From a virus (taxonomy: Duplodnaviria; Heunggongvirae; Uroviricota; Caudoviricetes), in IMG/VR virus record IMGVR_UViG_2526164630_000020: 12,433 nt of DNA; one strand, written 5' to 3'. The notes under the pieces were generated by a model. It was not told the DNA's origin. It was given only the letters and a program-made list of their open reading frames with translations, and made no database searches. The translations under genes and the position numbers were made by a program. Shown in pieces: positions 1 through 8,607 of this stretch; positions within the stretch are counted from its first letter, which is position 1, and the number at the start of each line of letters is the position of its first letter.

Positions 1-274
1 TACTGGCGACTCGTATGACAACGCGATGGCGGAGAGCATCAATGGTCTTTACAAAGCGGAGGTAATACACCGTAAGAGCTGGAAAAACCGTGCAGAAGTG
101 GAACTGGCCACACTCACGTGGGTGGACTGGTATAACAATCGACGATTGCTGGAAAGGCTGGGCCATATTCCTCCGGCAGAAGCAGAAAAAGCTTATTATG
201 CTTCCATCGGAAACGATGATCTGGCAGCCTGAGTTCACAGATAAAACACTCTCCAGGAAACCCGGGGCGGTTCA
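1..274 (+). mobile_element. Right end of an IS3-family insertion sequence (partial; element continues upstream of the window). Terminal inverted repeat ends ...GGTTCA at about 274.
   Basis: Plus-strand frame 2 reads ...TGDSYDNAMAESINGLYKAEVIHRKSW..., the conserved C-terminal region of IS3-family DDE transposases (orfB). Stop codon at 230-232. The next 42 bp end in ...CA-3' (minus strand reads TGAACCGCCCCGGGTTTCCTGGAG...), the TG...CA terminus typical of IS3-family elements, and from memory resembling IS629/IS1203-type ends. Homology to lambda L starts exactly at 275. Confidence 0.7.
2..232 (+). CDS. IS3-family transposase OrfB, C-terminal fragment (5' end lies outside the window)
   Basis: Open frame from position 2 with no upstream stop in the window; YDNAMAES motif and C-terminal region typical of IS3-family orfB; stop TGA at 230-232. 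The listed ORF 26..232 is the Met-initiated sub-part. Confidence 0.8.
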   Translation, partial: TGDSYDNAMAESINGLYKAEVIHRKSWKNRAEVELATLTWVDWYNNRRLLERLGHIPPAEAEKAYYASIGNDDLAA

Positions 275-930
275 CACCATGCCGCGCATCTCACACCCGC
301 GCATGCACTTGCTGCATCTGTCCTTACGGATATCGGTGGTGGGTTTATCGAACTCATCCGCCACCGCAGGACCGTTATACCCGCATTCATCTCCCCGGTA
401 ATACCACATACAGGTGTTCGCCAGCATGATGCGACCGGGAAACAGCGCTCCGTCCGTCTCCGTCGGTGTTGCCAGCACAAACGAGGCTGTCATGGCCGTC
501 AGCTCTGACATCTGCTCCACCACCCAGCGGTCGCTCAGCTCCTGCTCCGGGTCCGCTTCCGGATTGCCCGCCACAAAATTCACCGCATCCAGAAAACGGG
601 CATACACCCGGCGGCGGACCACCGTGGCCCCCACCAGGCTCTGCAGGTCCTCCGCCATTCCCGGTGACCAGACCGAACAGAATTGGACACCGTCAGCGAC
701 GGGCGGGCACTGCTGCCCTTCCCGTTCATCTCAAAGCCACTGCCGTCAATCGGGTATGCCTGATATTGCCGCCCCTGCCAGGTAACCGCCTCCCCTTTTT
801 CATTCAGCTCATTGCAGAAAAAATACCGCTCACCACCCTGTACCGTCAGGTCGATTTCCCAGAGTACCACCCGCGGTGACTGCTCTGATTTAACCGACTC
901 GTTCAGACTTTCTTCGTGAATATCCTGCAT
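275..930 (-). pseudogene. L: Tail tip assembly protein L-like gene, disrupted by two +1 frameshifts (near 681-684 and 658-662) and 3'-truncated by the IS insertion
   Basis: ORF 580..930 (MQDIHEESLNE...VVLWEIDLT...GERYFFCNE...) matches the lambda L N-terminus through ...LTVSN. ORF 272..658 (MAEDLQSLVGATVVRR...GRIMLANTC...RGDECGY...CSKC) matches the rest of L in another frame. The intermediate frame between them reads LFGLVTG (lambda LYGMVTG). About 14 C-terminal codons are missing, and the stop at 272-274 is the IS terminal TGA. Confidence 0.75.
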
Positions 931-1259
931 CAGTTCACCACCTGCTTAAACTCCGCGCTGAATTCAACCCGCAGCATGCGAACCCGTGATGACCAGGCGG
1001 CACAGGTCACCTTTATCTGCCGCCAGGCATAAGGCGGTGTCCACAGAAACGCCTTCCAGCCACCGTGCTCTGCCAGGAATGCCTCCAGATGTCGGGCCTC
1101 CTCCCGGGTCACGGAAAGCGTCACACGGTATGTTTTCAGGTCAGCATTCAGCCCCGCCGCCATACGCTGCGAATACCCGTCACCAAAACGCACTTCACGC
1201 ACCGATGGCTGCGAGTTCACCTCCATATCCGGCTTCACTTTCCAGCGAAATGTTTTCAT
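930..1259 (-). CDS. M: Minor tail protein M
   Basis: 109 aa, MKTFRWKVKP...GGWKAFLWTPPYAWRQIKVTCAAWSSRVRMLRVEFSAEFKQVVN; near-colinear with lambda gpM (109 aa). Stop overlaps the L start. Confidence 0.9.
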   Translation of the reverse strand: MKTFRWKVKPDMEVNSQPSVREVRFGDGYSQRMAAGLNADLKTYRVTLSVTREEARHLEAFLAEHGGWKAFLWTPPYAWRQIKVTCAAWSSRVRMLRVEFSAEFKQVVN

Positions 1260-3835
1260 CGCCTGCCTCCGGAAAAGACGCCGCCATCACGCATCTGCGC
1301 CTGAATCTCATCCTGCGCCCCCTTGCGGGCCATGTCATACACCGCCTTCATCAGCTGCGGCCCCGCCTGTCCGTTGGTGCCGTCGTTCTGAATCACCACG
1401 TGATTGTTCTGATTAAAACTAATGCCTTCCGCCCGCCGCATCTGCGCCGGACTTCCGGCACCGCCCACATAACCACCTTCCGCATACCCGCGCATCAGAC
1501 GATACAGGTTGCCGACGCCAATCCGGCTGGTTGCCTCCTTCGTGAAGACAAACTCCCCGCGGTGGACAATACCGGCAGGTTCGTATTTGCCACCGGTTCC
1601 CGTAAATCCTCCGGTCGCGAAATGGAAGTTCGCCGCCGCAGCCTGAATGGCCGTCCCCGTGGAGGCAGACGCCCCACCACCGAAAGCACCACCCATGGCG
1701 CTGCCAATACTCCCGACAATCCCCACCATGGCCTGCTTCAGAAAAATCTCTGTCAGCATGGAGAGCACAGAACGGGTGAAACCACGCCAGCTCTGTTCGC
1801 TGCCGGTCAGCATCGCTGCCATATTCTGTGCAATACCGTCAAAGGTCTGCGTGGCCACGCTTTTAACCTGCGAAAAACTGTCCGTCGCACTTTCTGCCCA
1901 CTCGCCCCAGCCGGACTTCAGACCGGCCATCCAGCTTCCACGAAGCTGCTCCTCCGCAGACCAGGTGTTCTTCAGTGCAGATGTGGCCTTCGCCAGCGCA
2001 TCCGGATTATCACCGTACACGTCACGAAGGCGCTGCGATTCCGACTCCCGCTGTGCCTGACGGTCCGTCAGCCCCCGGGCTTTTGCGCTGATTGCAGCCT
2101 GCTTCGCACTCTGCTGCTGTTCAAACCGCACAGCCTGATTTGCCAGCTCATTCAGCCGTTTCTGGTATTCAACCTTGTCACCCAGGTCAGCCAGCTGGCG
2201 TTTGTACTCCAGCGTCTCTTGCTCATGGGCCAGCAGGGATTTCTCCTGTGCAGACAGCTGGCGACGTTGCGCCGCCTCCTCCAGTACCGCGAACTGACTC
2301 TCCGCCTTCCACAAATCCCGGCGCTGCTGGCTGATTTTCTCATTCGCTCCGCTGTGCTTCTCCAGCGTCCGGAGCTCGGTTTCAAGCGCCAGCAGCGCCG
2401 CATGCGTCAGGTCTTCCTGACGCTCACCGGCTGACACTTTAACACCTGACGACTTCGGCTTTTTCAGCGTCGATTCATAATCCTTTTTCGCCGCCGCCAT
2501 CAGCGTGTTGTAATCCGCCTGCAGGATTTTCCCGTCTTTCAGGGCCTTATTCAGCTCTTCCTGCCGGTTAGTATATTTCTCCAGCGGCGTCAGCAGACGC
2601 TCATACGCCTTCTGCGCCTCTCCGGTATACTTCAGCTGTGATGCGTCCCGTTCGGCCCGGTCCCTGGTAGCCAGTTCACCGGCTTTTTCCATATCCGACT
2701 GCAGCGTGGCCGCTGCCAGCCCCAGACGGGCATTTTCCCGGTCATCCCATGCGCCCTGCAGGTTGGCACGGAAAGAGGAGGTCTTTCCCCGGCGCTGGCT
2801 CCGGCTCTGGTACCACTGCCATTTTTTATCCGCCTCATCGAATGCCTTCTGCGCACTGGCAAGCATATCCGCTGAGGATTCCGGACGACCGATATCCAGA
2901 ATGGCATCCCACATCGATTTGAATGCCTTCCCTGTTTTATCCGCCCAGGTCTCCAGTGTCCCCATGTTTTCTTTCAGGCGACGGGTCTGCTCATCAAAGC
3001 CTTTCGTGGCGATATCGTTCGCCGCCTGTAAGGCCCCGGCCTCATCACCGGAACGCTGCAGCTGCGCAACATACGCAATCTGCTCTGCCGTCACGTTACG
3101 GAACTGGCGCGCCATCGCCATCAGCCCCGACGTCGGGTCGGTGGTCAGTTTTCCGAAAGCCTCTGCAACCTTGTCCACCTCCACACCGGATGCAGAAGCA
3201 AAACGCGCGACACTCTGGTTGATGGCATCAAACTGTGCACCACCACGCACACCGACATTCACCAGGGCTGCCAGTGACTCACTCGCCTGGTTAAACGTCA
3301 GCCCTGCGGCCTGTCCGGCTCTGGAGAGCGTCAGCATGCGATCGGCAGTCAGTCCGGACTGATTACCGGAAAGAACCAGGGTTTTATTAAACGCTGAAAG
3401 CGTGGAATCCCCCTGGTACCAGGCGTACGCCAGCGCACCTGTCGCCACCGCCAGCGAGGTGACCCCGACCATCGGCAGGGTGATCGTACCGGCAAGTCCC
3501 CTGAACATGGGGATCATCCCGCCGAAGGAGTCCTTCACCTGACCGCCCTGTTGCAGCAGGATCAGCCAGGGATTCTGACCACCGGCAAGCTGCGTGGCGA
3601 TATCCGTAAACTGTGCGGGCAGGGTTCGCATGGCCGCTTTATACTGCCCGACGGAAATCCCGGCTTTTTGTGCAGCCAGCGCCTGACGACTCAGGTTCTG
3701 CTCAACGACACCGACGGTTTTTCTGGCGTCAGTCTCCAGTCCGGAAAAATGACGCCTTACCCGGCTCATCTGCTCATCGAAACGGACCGCATCCAGACTC
3801 AGGTCAATAACAAGATCACCAACCGGCTGGGACAT
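1256..3835 (-). CDS. H: Tail tape measure protein (lambda gpH-like)
   Basis: 859 aa single open frame, MSQPVGDLVIDLSLDAVRFDEQ... to ...AVYDMARKGAQDEIQAQMRDGGVFSGGRR; colinear with lambda H (about 853 aa). GGAGG Shine-Dalgarno about 8 nt upstream of the ATG at 3835. Confidence 0.9.
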   Translation of the reverse strand: MSQPVGDLVIDLSLDAVRFDEQMSRVRRHFSGLETDARKTVGVVEQNLSRQALAAQKAGISVGQYKAAMRTLPAQFTDIATQLAGGQNPWLILLQQGGQVKDSFGGMIPMFRGLAGTITLPMVGVTSLAVATGALAYAWYQGDSTLSAFNKTLVLSGNQSGLTADRMLTLSRAGQAAGLTFNQASESLAALVNVGVRGGAQFDAINQSVARFASASGVEVDKVAEAFGKLTTDPTSGLMAMARQFRNVTAEQIAYVAQLQRSGDEAGALQAANDIATKGFDEQTRRLKENMGTLETWADKTGKAFKSMWDAILDIGRPESSADMLASAQKAFDEADKKWQWYQSRSQRRGKTSSFRANLQGAWDDRENARLGLAAATLQSDMEKAGELATRDRAERDASQLKYTGEAQKAYERLLTPLEKYTNRQEELNKALKDGKILQADYNTLMAAAKKDYESTLKKPKSSGVKVSAGERQEDLTHAALLALETELRTLEKHSGANEKISQQRRDLWKAESQFAVLEEAAQRRQLSAQEKSLLAHEQETLEYKRQLADLGDKVEYQKRLNELANQAVRFEQQQSAKQAAISAKARGLTDRQAQRESESQRLRDVYGDNPDALAKATSALKNTWSAEEQLRGSWMAGLKSGWGEWAESATDSFSQVKSVATQTFDGIAQNMAAMLTGSEQSWRGFTRSVLSMLTEIFLKQAMVGIVGSIGSAMGGAFGGGASASTGTAIQAAAANFHFATGGFTGTGGKYEPAGIVHRGEFVFTKEATSRIGVGNLYRLMRGYAEGGYVGGAGSPAQMRRAEGISFNQNNHVVIQNDGTNGQAGPQLMKAVYDMARKGAQDEIQAQMRDGGVFSGGRR

Positions 3836-4687
3836 ATCTCACACCTCCCGGAATCCCCGCTGAAGCCATCATTAATGCGACATCATCCTCGCTGACATCC
3901 GCCACATCCGCAGACGATAAAATCTCACGCCCTCCGTCCCCACCAAACCGTACGCCTCCGGCAAGTCCTGCCGCTTTCTGCATCAGCATTTTTTCCTCAT
4001 CCGGCATCTCCGTCTGCGCTTTCTCACGCCGGGGGGCAAGCAGACTGAAATCAGAGGGATGCATATCCGGATCGCAAAAAAACAGGCTGAGTACGGCGTA
4101 CGTCAGCCCGGAAAAATGCATATCCAGTTGGGTATCGTGAAAATAATGCGTACGGTAAAAATGTCGCCAGTCGGCATATTCGGTGGATGTCATCCCGGCA
4201 AGCATGGCGCGCCAGTCAGGCCTCCCCATCTCACGCGCCAGTCTGAGGGCAAAATTCAGCTCGCCGTCGAAGACTTTCCCGCAGAAAAATCATCATCAGT
4301 CAGCGCGTTATATTTCGCCACTTCGGTGCTGTCAGTATCCGCATGAACAGCCCCGCTCATCCCGGACAGACGCAACACCACATCTTCCGCCCGGGCAATG
4401 GCATCCGCAGGCCAGGTGGTGAGCACTTCCTGTTCGATCTGCATCACAGCCTCATTCATTGACGGTGATGCCGTTTTCTGCGGATGGTTATGCCACAGGG
4501 ACATCGCCACCAGAAACGCGCCGGTTCTGACGAGATCTTCCACGCTTACCTGCAGGTTGCCGCTGGCTTCCGCCTCTTCTGCCCGCCGTTTCAGGAGGGC
4601 AAGATGCTCAATACGCTGCAGCGCAGACAATTCGGAAAGCGTGACAGACACACCGTTATATTCAAATTGTTCTGTTTTCAGAAACAT
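3816..4687 (-). CDS. T: Tail assembly chaperone G-T fusion, made by -1 programmed ribosomal frameshift at the slippery heptamer G GGA AAG (4280..4274)
   Basis: Minus-strand GGGAAAG lies at 4280-4274 with GGA and AAG as zero-frame codons of G (Gly-Lys). Reading on in the -1 frame gives GKVFDGELNFALRLAREMGRPDW..., colinear with lambda gpGT, and this frame continues as the listed ORF 3816..4229. Confidence 0.85.
4256..4687 (-). CDS. G: Tail assembly chaperone G
   Basis: 143 aa, MFLKTEQFEYNGVSVTLSELSALQRIEHLALLKR...; matches lambda gpG, ending ...SAGKSSTAS. GGAGG Shine-Dalgarno upstream. Confidence 0.9.
   Translation of the reverse strand: MFLKTEQFEYNGVSVTLSELSALQRIEHLALLKRRAEEAEASGNLQVSVEDLVRTGAFLVAMSLWHNHPQKTASPSMNEAVMQIEQEVLTTWPADAIARAEDVVLRLSGMSGAVHADTDSTEVAKYNALTDDDFSAGKSSTAS
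4274..4280 (-). promoter_or_regulatory. Slippery sequence G GGA AAG for -1 translational frameshifting (G to G-T)
   Basis: Heptamer in the correct phase relative to G; the downstream -1 frame encodes the T homolog. Confidence 0.85.
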
Positions 4688-4700
4688 GTATGACCTCCGT

Positions 4701-5453
4701 TTACCCTGCAGCGCCTGCTTCAGTAACGGTGACTTCAGCTACCGTGGCAAACTGACCATTACCGGAAATCACAGGGATCTGCACCTTACCTGTCGCCACG
4801 CCGTTTACCGTAATTGTCATATCTTTCACACTAATGGTGGCTTTCGACGGATCGGCGGAAACCACTCTGAACGTCTTGTCGGTTGCACTTTCCGGCTCAA
4901 AAGAAACCGTCAGGGTGGTTGTTTTCCCTTTTGCCACCGTACCGGATGTCGGCGTCACCTTAATCGCAGTGACCGGCGTAATTTTGCTGCGTTCTTCCGC
5001 TACAGAAGGTTTGCCCACGTTGGTCACTTTCACCGTGCGGGTGATCACTTCTTTCGCCGTCACGGCCTTACCGATACTGCTGACCCAGCCACGAAACACA
5101 TCCACCGTGCCGTTCGGAAAACGGATTTTATAGGCCCGCACATCCCCGCTTTCAAACCAGCCTATAAGCCCTTTCTGACCTTCTTCTCCCGGTTTCCAGG
5201 CCAGCGTAAAACTGGTATCTCCTGCAGACTTCTGCCCCTGCCCGGTCGCGGTCCAGTCCGCGTCTTCATCATCCAGGTAGTTATCATCGTAGGGTTCTGC
5301 CGTCATCTCGCCCGGCGTCAGATCCTTCACCTTAGCCAGTCGCAGCCAGTCATCGTCTGACAACGGGTTTGCATAGGCGTCACCCTGACCGTTATAAACC
5401 CACAGGGTGGTACCGGCACCTTTTACCGGCTCAAGGGGATTTGGTGTTGACAT
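4701..5453 (-). CDS. V: Major tail protein V
   Basis: 250 aa, [36 protein letters not shown]...; matches lambda gpV throughout, including the C-terminal Ig-like region. Confidence 0.9.
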   Translation of the reverse strand: MSTPNPLEPVKGAGTTLWVYNGQGDAYANPLSDDDWLRLAKVKDLTPGEMTAEPYDDNYLDDEDADWTATGQGQKSAGDTSFTLAWKPGEEGQKGLIGWFESGDVRAYKIRFPNGTVDVFRGWVSSIGKAVTAKEVITRTVKVTNVGKPSVAEERSKITPVTAIKVTPTSGTVAKGKTTTLTVSFEPESATDKTFRVVSADPSKATISVKDMTITVNGVATGKVQIPVISGNGQFATVAEVTVTEAGAAG

Positions 5454-5460
5454 ATCGTCC

Positions 5461-5856
5461 TCACATCTCGTATGTAATGGAATAAGTCAGATCCGCAGAA
5501 CTCCATAACGCCATATCGTCATCACGACGATACTCATAGCCCTGCGTAACCATCGTCGTAATCAGGTCTGCCAGTGCCGGGATCGCAGTCATCGCCGGAT
5601 AAATCCGGCTTTCCATCCACGAATCCAGCTCCGAATCCGGTACCTGTGCTGGTAAAAACACCTCAATATGCAGTGTGGCCCGCCAGGTATCTGCATCCAG
5701 CTCTTCACCGGTATACTCTGCATCCGTCAGATAAACCGCGACGGCCGGAAAATCCTCTTCGTCAAAAACAACGGGGCGACCATCAAACAGCGTCGCCCCG
5801 TGTTCATGCAGCTCCAGTGCATCCAGCACTGCAGCACGGATATCAGTATGTTTCAT
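5461..5856 (-). CDS. U: Tail terminator protein U
   Basis: 131 aa, [54 protein letters not shown]...LTYSITYEM; near-identical in length and sequence to lambda gpU. Confidence 0.9.
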   Translation of the reverse strand: MKHTDIRAAVLDALELHEHGATLFDGRPVVFDEEDFPAVAVYLTDAEYTGEELDADTWRATLHIEVFLPAQVPDSELDSWMESRIYPAMTAIPALADLITTMVTQGYEYRRDDDMALWSSADLTYSITYEM

Positions 5857-6386
5857 CGTTTTATCGCAATCCTCAGTTGTTGTTTCAGCGCATATGCCAG
5901 TTCTCCGGGCAGGCGTTCACGCCGGATACGGTCAACATTCTCATCAAACGCCTGTTTCAGTGGGGCCGCCATCGGGATTTTCACCACATCAATGGGGTAA
6001 CGGTTTTTCCCGGCCACACGCTGCATGACATGCCAGCGACCATTTTTTAATCGCTGAATAAATGCCCGCTGATAACGATGCTGACCGGCTTTGAGTATGC
6101 TGTCCGGACGACGCCCCGGCATCCTGATCCCCAGCTTAATCACCGGGAGATCACCGCGGTTAACGATAATTCTGGCATTCGGATTTCTGACCGTGGCCCG
6201 TTTCAGTCTGGACCGTTCCTTTACCAGTTTCCGGTTCACCCTGGTTTCCCGGGCAACCTGTGACGAAGACTGATTAATCGCCGTTGTGGCCACGCGGTTA
6301 ATGGCCATTGCTGAAGCCGCCGGAATGGCGTTTTTACGAACCCGGCTCAGATTTTCAATCGTCTGATCAAGCCCTTTTATCGCCAT
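5853..6386 (-). CDS. Z: Tail completion protein Z
   Basis: 177 aa, MAIKGLDQTIENLSRVRKNAIPAASAMAINRVATTAINQSSSQVARE...KNGRWHVMQRVAGKNRYPIDVVKIPMA...; matches lambda gpZ, with a shorter basic central segment. Confidence 0.88.
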   Translation of the reverse strand: MAIKGLDQTIENLSRVRKNAIPAASAMAINRVATTAINQSSSQVARETRVNRKLVKERSRLKRATVRNPNARIIVNRGDLPVIKLGIRMPGRRPDSILKAGQHRYQRAFIQRLKNGRWHVMQRVAGKNRYPIDVVKIPMAAPLKQAFDENVDRIRRERLPGELAYALKQQLRIAIKR

Positions 6387-6400
6387 AATTCACCCTGCGT

Positions 6401-6754
6401 TTATCGTCGCCGGTTAACGGCGGGTGGTTGACCACGGTTGAGCCAGAGATAACAGCTGCCCCCGTCATCCGGAGAAACACGATCCACCCAGAATATCTCA
6501 CCATTAATGGTCAGCGTGTCACCACGCCGCACGGCACGAACCGTATCCGTCCGCACAAATAATGACGGGCTGCTTCCTTCAATACGGACCCCGCCACCGG
6601 CAAACCCCAGCGACTCCGGATCGTCAAAAACCCCCTGAACTTCGCTGCCACACTGTGCCCCCGAGGTGAACTGCGCACAGAGCCCCATCACTTCAACAAT
6701 CGTGCTGTCCACCCCGGCAAGGGCAGCATCAAAGGCATTCTGAAAATCACGCAT
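6401..6754 (-). CDS. FII: Head-tail joining protein FII
   Basis: ORF 6401..6790; the part from MRDFQNAFDAALAGVD...GVFDDPES...GVRIEGSSPSLFVRTDTVRAVRRGDTLTI...FWVDRVSPDDGGSCYLWL...PPAVNRRR matches lambda gpFII (117 aa). Start chosen at the Met at 6754 (the 13th codon of the listed ORF) by alignment; the start at 6790 cannot be excluded. Confidence 0.8.
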   Translation of the reverse strand: MRDFQNAFDAALAGVDSTIVEVMGLCAQFTSGAQCGSEVQGVFDDPESLGFAGGGVRIEGSSPSLFVRTDTVRAVRRGDTLTINGEIFWVDRVSPDDGGSCYLWLNRGQPPAVNRRR

Positions 6755-7121
6755 AAACAGCCATTCCGCCATCAACGTGTGTTTTTGCATCTGAGGACAT
6801 AATCAGAATCACCCGACCAACATCCGCAATCTCAACGGATTCCCCTGTTTCACCATCAATGCCACAGAGATGGAGGCAGGTCAGAACTCTGATGCGCGTT
6901 AACGCACCGGATGTATCCTCACGAACATCATGAGCCGCGGTTTCCCGCTCCCGGATCACCGTATCCCCAACCTGAACATCCTCGCCGGATGACTGTATTT
7001 CCTCTTCCCATTCCGCCACCCGCTGCGCTATCTCTGCGGCACTCCCGGATATATCCGGCTCACGCCCCAGAATCAGGGCCAGTTCATCAAGCCGTTTCAG
7101 ATTTTGCTCTTTCGTTGCCAT
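6747..7121 (-). CDS. FI: DNA-packaging / head completion protein FI
   Basis: ORF 6747..7169; start chosen at ATG 7121 (MATKEQNLKRLDELALILG...), preceded by an AGGGGG Shine-Dalgarno and matching the lambda gpFI N-terminus. The longer form would start at a GTG 3 nt after the E stop with no ribosome-binding site. Confidence 0.75.
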   Translation of the reverse strand: MATKEQNLKRLDELALILGREPDISGSAAEIAQRVAEWEEEIQSSGEDVQVGDTVIRERETAAHDVREDTSGALTRIRVLTCLHLCGIDGETGESVEIADVGRVILIMSSDAKTHVDGGMAVYA

Positions 7122-7135
7122 ATCAGCCCCCTGTG

Positions 7136-7164
7136 AAAAAAGACACGGGGGCATTTCGCCCCCG
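7136..7164 (-). terminator. Candidate intrinsic terminator or attenuator just after the major capsid gene E
   Basis: Minus strand reads CGGGGGC-GAAAT-GCCCCCG (7-bp perfect GC stem 7164-7158 / 7152-7146, 5-nt loop) followed by TGTC and a T6 run (7141-7136). Lies between the E stop (7173-7175) and the FI start (7121). Confidence 0.5.
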
Positions 7165-7172
7165 CTCACGGA

Positions 7173-8201
7173 TTATTTCACCTGTACCACCACAAACTCA
7201 TCCGGGTCCGGCAACACCATCAGCGGCGCGGACTGCGTCATGGTAAATTCACGGGCGGGATCCCCCACCGTCAGCCAGTGTTTCGGATAACGGGAAGAGG
7301 CCACCACACCTTCGGACAACGCCTGCGCATCCTGAATGGCACCGTAACAACGGATCCCATCTGCAGCAGTATTCCCCAGAACCAGCATGCCCTCCGGCAG
7401 ATAACGTTTTTCGATACCGTCTTCTGCTATATAAGACGTTTTCGCCACCACAATGGCCAGATCGCCGTAATACCCCTTGAAGGACACCACTGCGCCCAGA
7501 TCTTTCACTGCCGTTTCGAGTTGAGAATTTGAACCGCGACGGGTATCCAGTTTTTCGCGGAACAGCTTAAAACCATTCAGAAGACGCCAGACGGTACCGT
7601 CCATAATGGCAATATTCACAAGACCGCTGGCCTGGTCGCAGTAGAGGTCAAGATCATGTGTAGGATCGAACGTGTCACGATCCTGTTTTGACCACTCCTT
7701 ACCACTACCCTGAGTGATGTTATTCTTCGTCGACCTGCCAAAATCGACCTCAATTTTCTCGAACTGGTCTCCTTCCATCGTATATTTGCCATACAACACA
7801 GCATTTACCGCCTGTATTTCTTCCACCTGGACAATCGCGTGCTCTTCCTGTTTGAGGTTATCGGTAATGATACGCAGACGGCGGTAAGCCGGATCGTTCA
7901 GTTGAGCCGGATCTTCACCAGGAAGGCGCTCAACCGCCTGCTGGTAATTAAATTCGTGTTTCGGCTTGACGTAGCCCGGACGTAACACGCGGGTTTCACC
8001 ACCACGATGACGCAGCACTTTTCCTTCAACAACCGGGGAGACATAGGCCGCCACCGGCGTTTTTCCGGTAATTTTGTCCAGCATCACCTCTTCGGTATGG
8101 AAATTCACCGTACGGCGGAAAAACAGCTCCAGAAACAGCGCACGAAATTTCACTTTTTGTTCGGTATAACCGAGTAACTGGCGGGTCGTAAACAATCCCA
8201 T
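7173..8201 (-). CDS. E: Major capsid protein E
   Basis: 342 aa, MGLFTTRQLLGYTEQKVKF...GYVKPKHEF...YTMEGDQFEKIEVDFGRS...RGSNSQLETAVKDLG...DPAREFTMTQSAPLMVLPDPDEFVVVQVK; colinear with lambda gpE (341 aa). Confidence 0.92.
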   Translation of the reverse strand: MGLFTTRQLLGYTEQKVKFRALFLELFFRRTVNFHTEEVMLDKITGKTPVAAYVSPVVEGKVLRHRGGETRVLRPGYVKPKHEFNYQQAVERLPGEDPAQLNDPAYRRLRIITDNLKQEEHAIVQVEEIQAVNAVLYGKYTMEGDQFEKIEVDFGRSTKNNITQGSGKEWSKQDRDTFDPTHDLDLYCDQASGLVNIAIMDGTVWRLLNGFKLFREKLDTRRGSNSQLETAVKDLGAVVSFKGYYGDLAIVVAKTSYIAEDGIEKRYLPEGMLVLGNTAADGIRCYGAIQDAQALSEGVVASSRYPKHWLTVGDPAREFTMTQSAPLMVLPDPDEFVVVQVK

Positions 8202-8229
8202 AAATCAGTTCCTTTCATTCAGAAATCAG

Positions 8230-8607
8230 TCAGGCCACCGCGGTGGCCTGATAACGTGTTACGGCAGCGCCGCGTGACTCAGGGCACTGCCGGCAAAGGT
8301 CATTTGCCTTTTTGTGTTCATCCACACTTTCAGGCCAGCGGATTGCCTCCGTCGCAAAGGTCCCCGACTTGTAATAGGTCAGTACCGTCTCTGTGCCTTC
8401 AAGCGGCAGTACCAGTATGCCAACTGCACTACCGGCTTTCTGTCCGTCCCAGACCACCAGTTTCCCGCTGGCTTCATCCAGCATCAGGGGCGTCAGTGCC
8501 GGTGTTGCCGAGGAAATCCCGCTGCTGCCTGTGGCGGTATGAGCCGGATCATTACCGGCAAAAATACGTACTTCCGCACGCTGTTCAGTGATGGTTTTCG
8601 TTACCAT
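8230..8607 (-). CDS. D: Head decoration protein D; C-terminus probably altered by a +1 frameshift at an A5 run (plus-strand T5 at 8309-8313)
   Basis: 125 aa; NDPAHTAT...TPLMLDEASGKLVVWDG...AVGILV...TVLTYYKSGTF matches lambda gpD. After ...DEHKK the listed frame diverges, while the adjacent frame reads RQMTFAGSALSHAALP-stop (lambda ...TAFAGTAISIV), which would end at about 8259. Confidence 0.8.
   Translation of the reverse strand: MVTKTITEQRAEVRIFAGNDPAHTATGSSGISSATPALTPLMLDEASGKLVVWDGQKAGSAVGILVLPLEGTETVLTYYKSGTFATEAIRWPESVDEHKKANDLCRQCPESRGAAVTRYQATAVA
8232..8249. repeat. 18-bp perfect palindrome AGGCCACCGCGGTGGCCT at the D/E junction
   Basis: Self-complementary over 9+9 bp with a central CCGCGG; sits at or just past the D 3' end, about 30 nt upstream of the E start. 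Confidence 0.6.

Noticed and set aside
233-274. Possibility that L continues through the stop at 272-274 (downstream translation TAPGFLESVLSVN shares a GFL tripeptide with the lambda L C-terminus)
   Set aside because: The segment ends with the TGAACC... terminus typical of IS3-family elements and lies 42 bp after the transposase stop. A three-residue match is within chance, and reading further runs into transposase antisense with no stop.
986-2434. Long plus-strand ORF (482 aa) and other plus-strand ORFs overlapping H (1647..2060, 2092..2334, 2706..3362, 2923..3222)
   Set aside because: They are antisense to the tape measure gene, which is colinear with lambda gpH on the minus strand. Their products are Pro/Arg/Ala-rich and low complexity, as expected from GC-rich antisense frames, with no recognisable family features and no ribosome-binding-site context.
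4398-5360. Plus-strand ORF of 320 aa
   Set aside because: Antisense to V and G, which are confidently identified on the minus strand; its Cys/Arg-rich composition is typical of spurious antisense frames.
7121-7169. Longer FI form starting at the GTG at 7169
   Set aside because: That start lies 3 nt after the E stop with no Shine-Dalgarno and would read through the hairpin and T-run. The ATG at 7121 has an AGGGGG ribosome-binding site and matches the lambda FI N-terminus.
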